A DNA stretch of 32,000 nt from an uncultured Mycoplasmatota bacterium (GTDB lineage: Bacteria; Bacillota_I; Bacilli_A; RF39; UBA660), in contig URBG01000007.1 of assembly GCA_900546055.1 (NCBI GenBank), positions 7,225-39,224 on the forward strand. The letters run 5' to 3'. The notes below the pieces were generated by a model that was not told the DNA's origin, ran no database searches, and saw only the letters and a list, made by a program, of their open reading frames with translations. Both the position numbers and the translations under genes were made by a program. Shown here in pieces: positions 1-7,691 of this stretch. How positions within the stretch are numbered: position 1 is the stretch's first letter; every line of letters starts with the position of its first letter.

Positions 1-183
1 ACGCAAAAAGCATATTCTGGAACTTCAGTTAAAATTTTTGTTTCAACTAAGCCGGTAGAGACTTGTTATACTCATAATAAAGGCCAAGCTAATGAGGAGA
101 CTGTTTGCGAAAATGTGGCACCAACAGGTAAAGATTATCAGTATGAGGTTATTTATGGAGCTGGAGAAAAATGTACAAAATAA
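1..183 (+). CDS. 3' end of an upstream ORF (partial, hypothetical Cys-containing protein)
   Basis: Frame 1 is open from the window edge to TAA at 181-183 (...ETCYTHNKGQANEETVCENVAPTGKDYQYEVIYGAGEKCTK*). No family recognised. The PFOR RBS follows immediately. Confidence 0.35.
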   Translation, partial: TQKAYSGTSVKIFVSTKPVETCYTHNKGQANEETVCENVAPTGKDYQYEVIYGAGEKCTK

Positions 184-195
184 AGGAGAATAGTT

Positions 196-3100
196 ATGAA
201 AAAAATAACGGTTGATGGCAATGAAGCTTGTTCTTTAGCTTCTTATATGTTTACGGAGGTGGCTGGAATATATCCAATTACGCCATCTAGTCCAATGCCA
301 GAGAACATTGATAGATGGAGTAGTATGGGGCGCAAAAATATTTTTGGAAGCCCAGTTAAAGTTGTTGAGATGCAAAGTGAAGCAGGTGCTATTGGAATGG
401 TTCATGGTAGTTTGCAGGCTGGATTATTAACAAGCACTTATACTGCTAGTCAAGGGCTACTTCTAATGATTCCTAATATGTATAAAATTGCTGGTGAAAT
501 GTTACCATGTACAATGCATGTAGCAGCGCGTTCTTTAGCTACGCATGCATTAAGTATTTTTGGTGATCATCAAGATATTTATGCAACAAGAAGTACAGGC
601 TTTTGTATGTTAGCTTCATCTAGCGTGCAAGATGCATATTATTTAGGTCTGATTAGCCATTTATCTGCAATTAAATCGTCATTGCCGTTTATGCATTTCT
701 TTGATGGTTTTAGAACAAGCCATGAGTTTAATAAGATTGATATTTTAGATGAAAAAGACATTAAACCTTTATTAGATGAAAAAGCTTTAGAAAAATTTCG
801 TAAAAAAGCTTTAAGTATTCATAATCCAGTAACAAGAGGGACTAACCAAAATGGTGATATTTATTTTCAATTGATGGAGTCACGTAATAATTTTTACGAT
901 GAAGCAGTAGATAATGTTTGTAGTTATATGAATGAGATTAATAAATTATCAGGGATGAATTATCTGCCATTTAACTATTACGGAGATGATAATGCTGAAA
1001 AGGTAATTGTGGCAATGGGATCAGTTTGTGAAGCAATTAAGGAAACAATTGATTATCTTGGTGGTAAGATTGGGCTAATTGAGGTTCATTTATATCGTCC
1101 TTTTAGTGTTAAGCATTTATTAGATGTTTTACCTAAAACTGTTACAAAAATAGCAGTTTTGGATCGTACTAAGGAAGCTGGTAGCAATGGAGAACCATTA
1201 TATCTAGATATCGTTAATGCATTAAGTAAAAATGGTATTACGATAGTTGGTGGACGTTATGGACTATCTAGTAAAGATACAACGCCGGGAATGATTAAAG
1301 CGGTTTATGACAGCTTAGAAGATCCTAAAAATAATTTTACAATTGGTATTGATGATGATGTAACTAATTTAAGCTTAGATTATAGGAAACTTGATTTGAA
1401 AAATAGCGATGAGTTTTTACTTTATGGCTATGGTAGTGATGGAACAGTTAGCGCAGCTAAATCAATTATCGAATTAATTGGGGATAATACTGATAAGTAT
1501 GTTCAAGGTTATTTTGAATATGATTCTAAAAAATCGGGTGGAGTAACGGCGAGTCATTTACGTTTTTCTGATAATAAGATAAGGTCAACTTATTTTGTAT
1601 CTAATCCTAAAGTAGTAGTAATTACTAAAGATACATATTTGGAGGATTTTGATCCAATAAGTAAAATAAAAGAAAATGGAATTTTAATTATTAATACATT
1701 AAAAACTGAAGAAGAGGCACTTAAAGCTTTAAATCCGTATAAAAAATTACTAAGGGAGAAAAATGTTAAAGTGTATATTATTAATGCTTATGCACTTGCG
1801 CGAAAATGTGGGCTTGGTAATAAGATTAGTATGATTATGGAAAGTGCAATATTTAAAGTAACTGATTTAATAGATTATGATAGGGCTATCAAAGAAATGG
1901 AAAAGTTTATTAATGATAAATTTGCCAAGAAAAGTATGGATATTGTTAAAGCTAATATGCTAGGAGTTAAGGAAACCGCTAATTATTTAAAAGAGCTTAC
2001 GCTGGATGATAAAGAAAGCAATTTAGACTTTGAACTTAATGACATATATGAAGCGATTGCTCATCGTCAAGGTAATTTACTTAAAGTATCAGATTTTAAA
2101 GGGATGGAAGACGGAACGGTAACGCATACTAGACCAAATAGTCGTGGTATTAGTGACATAGTACCTAGGTGGTTAAATAGTAATTGTATTCAGTGTGGAA
2201 TGTGTTCTATGGTTTGTCCGCACGGAGTAATTAGACCTTTCTTACTTTCAGAAGAGGAATATAAAAAAGCCCCTTTGAGCATTAAGGAAAAGTGTTTACC
2301 AGCGATGGGAGTAGCTGAATACTATTATATAATTGGAATCGCTTTGGAAAATTGTACAGGATGCGGAGTATGCATTAATACTTGTCCAGGTAAGAAAGGC
2401 GAGAAGGCTTTAACTTATGAGAAGTTAGCTGCACTAGATGATTTTGATTATTTAGTTAAAAATGTTACTGAAAAGACCTTAGTTAGAAAAGATACAATTA
2501 AAGGAAGCCAATTTAAAACACCAAAATTTGCTTTTCATGGTGCTTGCGCTGGTTGCGGAGAAACGGCGTATATTAAATTATTAACACAATTATTTGGCGA
2601 CAATTTGATGATCGCTAATGCAACAGGGTGTTCATCTATTTATGGTGGCAGTATACCAGATATACCTTATTCAGTGCCTTGGGCAAATAGTTTATTCGAA
2701 GATAATGCTGAATATGGTTATGGGATGTTAATTGGCTATGAGACGGCCAGAAGTCGTGTTAAAGAGTATATGGCAAAACATGACGATGAACTATTTACTA
2801 AATGGCTTGAAAACAGTAATAATTATCAAATTACTAAAGAAGTTTACGATAATTTAGATTATGAAAAACATCCAATGTTAAAAGAACTTAAAAATTATAT
2901 TGTGTCACGCACTATTTGGGCAATTGGTGGTGATGGTTGGGCTTATGATATTGGCTTTGGCGGCATCGATCATGTTCTATCAAGTGGAGACAATATAAAT
3001 ATTTTGGTTTTAGATAGTCAAGTTTATTCTAACACTGGTGGTCAAGCATCAAAGGCAACGCCTAAAGGTGCGGTAGCACAGTTTGCTAGTGATGGTAAGA

Positions 3101-3540
3101 AAAACAATAAGAAGGATTTAGCAAGAATTGCTATGGGCTACCCTAATGTCTATGTGGCGCAAGTTAGCTTGGGCGCTAATATGATGCAGGTAATTAGAGC
3201 TTTTGAAGAAGCTGAAAATCATGACGGCCCTTCAATTATTATTGCTTATACACCTTGTATTTCTCATGGAATTAAAGGTGGAATGAAAGAAAGCGTTAAT
3301 ATGGAAGCTTTAGCAACTAAATGTGGTTATTTTCCAACTTTTAGATATGATGGAGAGAATTTTACTTTGGATAGTAAGAATCCTGATTTTGATTTATATG
3401 AAGAGTTTTTGGGTAATCAAACTCGTTATGCAATGCTAAAGGCTGTTAATAATTCTAAAGCTGATGATTTGCTTTTAGAAAATAAGGAAAACGCTATCAA
3501 GCGATTTGAATATTATAAGAGTTTAACTTCGGAAAAATAA
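196..3540 (+). CDS. nifJ: pyruvate:ferredoxin (flavodoxin) oxidoreductase, single-chain PFOR
   Basis: 1114-aa ORF with RBS AAAGGAG upstream. N-terminus MKKITVDGNEA...GIYPITPSS is typical of PFOR. Two 4Fe-4S ferredoxin motifs (CIQCGMCSMVCP, CTGCGVCINTCP) and the TPP-binding GGDGWAYDIGFGG motif are present. Confidence 0.95.
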   Translation: MKKITVDGNEACSLASYMFTEVAGIYPITPSSPMPENIDRWSSMGRKNIFGSPVKVVEMQSEAGAIGMVHGSLQAGLLTSTYTASQGLLLMIPNMYKIAGEMLPCTMHVAARSLATHALSIFGDHQDIYATRSTGFCMLASSSVQDAYYLGLISHLSAIKSSLPFMHFFDGFRTSHEFNKIDILDEKDIKPLLDEKALEKFRKKALSIHNPVTRGTNQNGDIYFQLMESRNNFYDEAVDNVCSYMNEINKLSGMNYLPFNYYGDDNAEKVIVAMGSVCEAIKETIDYLGGKIGLIEVHLYRPFSVKHLLDVLPKTVTKIAVLDRTKEAGSNGEPLYLDIVNALSKNGITIVGGRYGLSSKDTTPGMIKAVYDSLEDPKNNFTIGIDDDVTNLSLDYRKLDLKNSDEFLLYGYGSDGTVSAAKSIIELIGDNTDKYVQGYFEYDSKKSGGVTASHLRFSDNKIRSTYFVSNPKVVVITKDTYLEDFDPISKIKENGILIINTLKTEEEALKALNPYKKLLREKNVKVYIINAYALARKCGLGNKISMIMESAIFKVTDLIDYDRAIKEMEKFINDKFAKKSMDIVKANMLGVKETANYLKELTLDDKESNLDFELNDIYEAIAHRQGNLLKVSDFKGMEDGTVTHTRPNSRGISDIVPRWLNSNCIQCGMCSMVCPHGVIRPFLLSEEEYKKAPLSIKEKCLPAMGVAEYYYIIGIALENCTGCGVCINTCPGKKGEKALTYEKLAALDDFDYLVKNVTEKTLVRKDTIKGSQFKTPKFAFHGACAGCGETAYIKLLTQLFGDNLMIANATGCSSIYGGSIPDIPYSVPWANSLFEDNAEYGYGMLIGYETARSRVKEYMAKHDDELFTKWLENSNNYQITKEVYDNLDYEKHPMLKELKNYIVSRTIWAIGGDGWAYDIGFGGIDHVLSSGDNINILVLDSQVYSNTGGQASKATPKGAVAQFASDGKKNNKKDLARIAMGYPNVYVAQVSLGANMMQVIRAFEEAENHDGPSIIIAYTPCISHGIKGGMKESVNMEALATKCGYFPTFRYDGENFTLDSKNPDFDLYEEFLGNQTRYAMLKAVNNSKADDLLLENKENAIKRFEYYKSLTSEK

Positions 3541-3561
3541 TTTTCGAAGTTTTTCTTTTTT
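3526..3561 (+). terminator. intrinsic terminator of PFOR gene
   Basis: Stem ACTTCGGAAAA / TTTTCGAAGT with one bulged G and a 4-nt loop, overlapping the stop codon, followed by TTTTCTTTTTT. Confidence 0.7.
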
Positions 3562-3673
3562 AAAAGGAAATCTGAAATTGATGTGGTATATTAAAAATAA
3601 GGGATAATGACAAGTAGATGTTTAACTAAACAAAAACATATGTTTTTATGATTAACATATGTTATAATTAAAT

Positions 3674-3776
3674 AAACAAAAAGGACAGTCCCCCCTGAAG
3701 GACTGTCCAAATAAAAGAATAAAAAGGGGCTGGCTAGTTTACACTAGCGCCAATCCAATATAAATTGAATTGGTGA
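3674..3776 (-). ncRNA. candidate ~100-nt small RNA (sRNA-A), divergent from recG
   Basis: Minus-strand promoter reads TTGACA (plus 3809-3804), a 16-nt spacer ending in TGA (extended -10), then TATTAT (3787-3782). The predicted transcript has three hairpins: CCAAT/ATTGG, GCTAGT-GTAA-ACTAGC, and a strong terminator GGACAGTCC-UUCAGGGG-GGACUGUCC followed by UUUUUGUUU (plus 3708-3674). There is no ORF with an RBS. Confidence 0.4.
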
Positions 3777-3845
3777 TTAATATAATATCACAAAAATAGA
3801 ATATGTCAACAGTTTTTCGTAAAAAAGTAAAAAAAGGTGATGTGA

Positions 3846-5828
3846 ATGGAATTACAGGAAATAAAAGGAATTGGTGTTAATACCGTAAAAGATTGGAAGG
3901 CACTTGGAATAAATGATGCGACTGATTTAATTACATATTATCCGTTTAGATATGAGGTCATTGAAAAAAGCGACATTAATAGTTTGCAAGATGGCGATAA
4001 AATTGTTATCGATGGGGTGGCTGAGAATGTACCTAATGTTTATCATTTTTCTAGAAAACTAAATAAAATGTCTTTTAGGTTAAATACAGGAGATCGATTA
4101 TTAAATGTAACTATTTTTAATCGTGCTTTTTTGAAACGTAATATTAATCCAGGGACTGAAATTATCGTAATTGGTAAATATGATATTAAGCATCACAGTG
4201 TAACAGCTAATGATTTAAAATTTGGAAAGCTATTTGAAACAATAATTGAACCAGTTTATCATTCATCTTTTAAAATAAATAGTAATAAAATTAACAAAAC
4301 TATTAATGGAGTAATTAAAGATGTTATAGTTCCTGATTATATTCCGAGTAGCTTAAAGGAACAATACAATTTTATGGATAAAAGTAAAGCTATATATTTA
4401 GTTCATAATCCTAGTAATATGACAATGGTAAATAAGGCTATTGATAGACTAAAGTATGAAGAATTATTCTTATTTATGCTTAAAATGAATTATTTGAAAA
4501 ATAGCACTAAGGAAGGATATGGCCTTCAACGCTCAGTTGATTATAATCTTGTTTTGGCGGCTATAAATAGTTTGCCATTTGAGCTTACTGATGACCAACT
4601 TAAGAGTATTAAAGATATTTACGATGATTTGGTTAGTTCTAGGAAAATGAACAGGTTATTACAAGGTGATGTTGGTAGTGGTAAAACAGTAGTAGCGTTT
4701 ATTAGCTTATATATAAATTACTTAAGTGGTTATCAGGGGGCATTAATGGCACCAACAGAAATTTTAGCACTTCAGCACTATAATAATATTCAAAAATTAT
4801 TTCCTGGTTTAAAGGCTGTATTACTTACGGGAAAACTTAAGGTAAAGGAACGCCGCGAGTTATTAGCGACAGTCCAAAGCGGAGAAGCGGACATTATTAT
4901 TGGTACTCATGCTTTAATTAGTGGAGATGTAGTTTATAAGAACCTAGGATTAGTTATTACTGATGAGCAACACCGTTTTGGAGTAAACCAACGTGGTAAT
5001 TTAAAAAATAAGGGAATTTCCCCAGATATTTTATATATGAGTGCGACACCAATTCCAAGAACTTATGCTTTAACGCTTTATGGTGATATGGATATTTCTA
5101 GCATTAAAACAATGCCTAATGGACGTAAGCCAGTTAAGACAATTTTAAAAAGCAATAAGGAAATTAAGGACGTTTTATATATGATGCTTGAGGAAATAAA
5201 AAAAGGACATCAAATTTATGTTATCGCCCCTTTAGTAGAAGAATCTGATAAAATTGATATGGAAAATGTTTATGAACTTGAAGAAAAGATGAATAAGGCA
5301 TTTGGCAAGGTTTGTAATGTTGGCGTTTTGCACGGGAAAATGAGGTCTAATGAAAAAGATGAAGTTATGGAGGCTTTTAAGGAAAATAAGCTTCAGATTT
5401 TAATTAGTACGACAGTTATTGAGGTTGGTGTTGATGTAGCTAATGCGACAATGATGGTAGTATTTGATAGTTATCGTTTTGGGCTTTCAGCGTTACATCA
5501 GCTTAGGGGGCGTGTTGGTCGTAATGATTTAGATTCCTATTGTATTTTAATTAGTGATCGTGAAACTAAAAGGCTAAAAGTTTTAACTGAAACTAATGAT
5601 GGTTTTAAAGTTAGTGAAGAAGATTTTATTTTAAGAGGCAGTGGTGATTTGTTTGGATCTCGTCAAAGTGGGGACATGAGTTTTAAATTAGCGGATGTTA
5701 AGAAGGATTATCAATTGTTATTAACGGTTAAAGAAGATAGTGAAAGATTTTTACATAGTCAAGATTATGTAAACAAAGATAACTCTCATATAAGAAAAGT
5801 TATTGAAAAAGCAAGTGGTTTGGACTAG
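3846..5828 (+). CDS. recG: ATP-dependent DNA helicase RecG
   Basis: 660-aa ORF with Walker A GDVGSGKT, DEQH box (TDEQHRFG), helicase C-terminal motifs (QLRGRVGR) and a RecG-type N-terminal wedge region. Confidence 0.95.
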   Translation: MELQEIKGIGVNTVKDWKALGINDATDLITYYPFRYEVIEKSDINSLQDGDKIVIDGVAENVPNVYHFSRKLNKMSFRLNTGDRLLNVTIFNRAFLKRNINPGTEIIVIGKYDIKHHSVTANDLKFGKLFETIIEPVYHSSFKINSNKINKTINGVIKDVIVPDYIPSSLKEQYNFMDKSKAIYLVHNPSNMTMVNKAIDRLKYEELFLFMLKMNYLKNSTKEGYGLQRSVDYNLVLAAINSLPFELTDDQLKSIKDIYDDLVSSRKMNRLLQGDVGSGKTVVAFISLYINYLSGYQGALMAPTEILALQHYNNIQKLFPGLKAVLLTGKLKVKERRELLATVQSGEADIIIGTHALISGDVVYKNLGLVITDEQHRFGVNQRGNLKNKGISPDILYMSATPIPRTYALTLYGDMDISSIKTMPNGRKPVKTILKSNKEIKDVLYMMLEEIKKGHQIYVIAPLVEESDKIDMENVYELEEKMNKAFGKVCNVGVLHGKMRSNEKDEVMEAFKENKLQILISTTVIEVGVDVANATMMVVFDSYRFGLSALHQLRGRVGRNDLDSYCILISDRETKRLKVLTETNDGFKVSEEDFILRGSGDLFGSRQSGDMSFKLADVKKDYQLLLTVKEDSERFLHSQDYVNKDNSHIRKVIEKASGLD

Positions 5829-5894
5829 TGTTAAGCAAAGTTAATTAATAGTGAAATTTGTTGACTTTTAAAATTAAATAATTTATACTTGTAA

Positions 5895-5996
5895 TAGCAT
5901 AGACAACCGTCTATGTTAGGAAGACTTACGAATATAATGTGAGTATTCCGACCAAAACCCCCTGAAGGCGCCATATATTGGGCGCCGCTTTTTGTT
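5895..5996 (+). ncRNA. candidate ~100-nt small RNA (sRNA-B) with C-rich single-stranded seed
   Basis: Promoter TTGACT (5861-5866), 17-nt spacer, TATACT (5884-5889). Hairpins: CATAGAC-AACC-GTCTATG (5898-5915) and GGAAGACTTAC/GTGAGTATTCC (5919-5949, one mismatch, one G-U). Linker GACCAAAACCCCCUGAA is unpaired. Terminator GGCGCC-N8-GGCGCC (5967-5986) is followed by GCTTTTTGTTT. The next gene has its own promoter about 120 nt downstream. Confidence 0.45.
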
Positions 5997-6104
5997 TGAA
6001 ATAAAGACTTTGTGGTTTTTTTAATTTTTATGTATAGAATTATTAGTGAAACTGATAAATGAATTATAAACTATATACAATAATGTTTAAGCGCAGACAC
6101 TGTA

Positions 6105-6133
6105 CTGACAAAGAGGTTTATTTTTGGTATAAT
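6105..6133 (+). promoter_or_regulatory. sigma-A-type promoter of fic gene
   Basis: CTGACA (6105-6110), 17-nt spacer, extended -10 TGGTATAAT (6125-6133). RBS GGAGG precedes ATG 6154. Confidence 0.55.
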
Positions 6134-6153
6134 ACCGTTAATGGAGGTGTATT

Positions 6154-6996
6154 ATGTCAGAAAGAGAATTAGATTCAAGTATTAATGATTATGTTGAGGA
6201 AGAAGCACCTAAAAACTATATAAAGCAGTTACAATGGGATATGGCTATTGGACTTCAAGAAGTAGATAATTTAAAACCGTCTAAGTATTTAGAAAAACTA
6301 ATAAATGATAACGTTACTGGTGAAAAGACAATTTATGAAGTAGAGCATGAATTAAAACAATATTATGTAGACAAAAGTAAAGATAATAATTTAAATTATG
6401 ATGAGTTAGAATGTGATCTAGTATCTATGCGTATAGTAGAATTACTTAGTGAAGATAAATTTGAATTATCAGTAGATTATTTAAAGTATATTCATAAATA
6501 TTTATTTCAAGATGTATATGAATTTGCAGGCAATTTTAGAAAAATAGATTTTTCCAAGCATGAAAAAATTTTAAATAATGATTCAGTAGCGTATGGTGAT
6601 TATAAATCATTAGAACAATCTTTAGAATATGATATATCTTTAGAAAAAAATAAAAATTATAAAGATATGAATATAGTAGATGTTATAAATAATATTACTG
6701 ACTTTTCATCTAGTATATGGCAAATACATCCATTTAGAGAAGGTAATACAAGGACAACGGCGTTATTTATAGAAAAATATTTATTAGCTTTAGAACATAG
6801 TGTAGACAATACCATGTTTAAAGATAAATCTGTATATTATCGTAATGCATTAGTAAGAAGTAATTATTTTAATAATTACTTAAATATAAAAGAAGATAAA
6901 AAATATTTAATTAAATTTTATGAAAACTTGTTATTAGGTAAGAATAATAATTTAAATTCCAAAGATTTAATAGTGGAAGAATTATTTGGTAAATAG
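6154..6996 (+). CDS. Fic/DOC family protein with degenerate catalytic motif
   Basis: 280-aa ORF with RBS GGAGG. The Fic core loop is HPFREGNTRTTA, versus canonical HPFx(D/E)GNGRxxR. The N-terminal segment QWDMAIGLQEVDNLKPS resembles a fused VbhA-like inhibitory helix but lacks the (S/T)xxxE(G/N) consensus. Confidence 0.85.
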   Translation: MSERELDSSINDYVEEEAPKNYIKQLQWDMAIGLQEVDNLKPSKYLEKLINDNVTGEKTIYEVEHELKQYYVDKSKDNNLNYDELECDLVSMRIVELLSEDKFELSVDYLKYIHKYLFQDVYEFAGNFRKIDFSKHEKILNNDSVAYGDYKSLEQSLEYDISLEKNKNYKDMNIVDVINNITDFSSSIWQIHPFREGNTRTTALFIEKYLLALEHSVDNTMFKDKSVYYRNALVRSNYFNNYLNIKEDKKYLIKFYENLLLGKNNNLNSKDLIVEELFGK

Positions 6997-7166
6997 AACA
7001 GTGATAGTACGAGGTTTGTATTTACTTAGCACATTTGACAAAAATATAAATTAATATTCTTATTGATATGTGTTCTGTTTTTTGGGCGTGGGGACGAGAC
7101 TTTTATATGTTAAAATTAAGTGATGAAGATAAAATTTTATTTACATTATAATTTAAAGGAGATTGT

Positions 7167-7562
7167 ATGATTAAAATTGGTGAAAAAGTTTATAACAATG
7201 AAATTGTTGAAATCTTTTGGGAAAAATTTTTGACATCGGATAATAAAAATGGAGTTAAAAAGAAAATTGAAGGTGTTTCTCCTTATATTAATATTAAAGT
7301 TGAGGACACCGAAAATATAGTGCTTGGCATTGAAACAAATATAACTAATGCACAACTTAATAAATTAGCTATAAAAGAAAAAATAGATTTGAGAGAATAT
7401 ATAACAGATATTATTTTTATCAAAGATAATATTGTACAGCCTGTTTGGCATGAAGAAGACCAGTTTTTAGTAACCCTTGTGAGGGTAGAGGATAATATAG
7501 CTAATTTCAATTTGGATTATGTTAGCTTGAATATTGTATTAGATATTGATATTAAATGGTAA
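7167..7562 (+). CDS. hypothetical protein (131 aa), partner of fic in an AT-rich islet
   Basis: Strong RBS AAAGGAG 6 nt before the ATG. No family recognised. The two minus-strand ORFs overlapping it have no RBS and low-complexity translations. Confidence 0.6.
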   Translation: MIKIGEKVYNNEIVEIFWEKFLTSDNKNGVKKKIEGVSPYINIKVEDTENIVLGIETNITNAQLNKLAIKEKIDLREYITDIIFIKDNIVQPVWHEEDQFLVTLVRVEDNIANFNLDYVSLNIVLDIDIKW

Positions 7563-7640
7563 TATTAATTTTAAATACTTGAAAATGCAATTTTATTGTA
7601 TTTTTTTTGTAAATTTATTTACTTTTAACATATATATAGA

Positions 7641-7676
7641 TATAATAACATTAGTTATGTAACATACGTTATGTAA
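7641..7676 (+). promoter_or_regulatory. putative TetR-operon promoter (-10) with candidate operator
   Basis: TATAAT at 7641-7646. Downstream are the direct repeat GTTATGTAA x2 (7654-7662, 7668-7676), the palindrome TATGT-A-ACATA (7656-7666) and TAAC-N4-GTTA (7660-7671), just before the RBS of the TetR gene. Confidence 0.3.
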
Positions 7677-7691
7677 AGGAGGGGTGATAAT

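Noticed and set aside
3632-3664. The AACATATGTT palindromes as bona fide LexA/Cheo SOS boxes.
   Set aside because: The invariant outer G and C of GAAC-N4-GTTC are replaced by A/T in both copies. I kept this only as a low-interest finding, not as an annotated LexA site.
3683-5986. The shared 11-mer CCCCCTGAAGG as part of a dispersed repeat or MITE/REP element.
   Set aside because: Identity stops exactly at the 11-mer on both sides. The surrounding hairpins are unrelated in sequence and geometry, and I saw no terminal inverted repeats or target duplications.
5861-6996. sRNA-B plus Fic as a type III (RNA antitoxin) toxin-antitoxin locus.
   Set aside because: Type III loci have tandem RNA repeats directly upstream of the toxin, sharing its promoter and separated only by a leaky terminator. 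Here there are no tandem repeats, and fic has its own extended -10 promoter more than 100 nt after the terminator.
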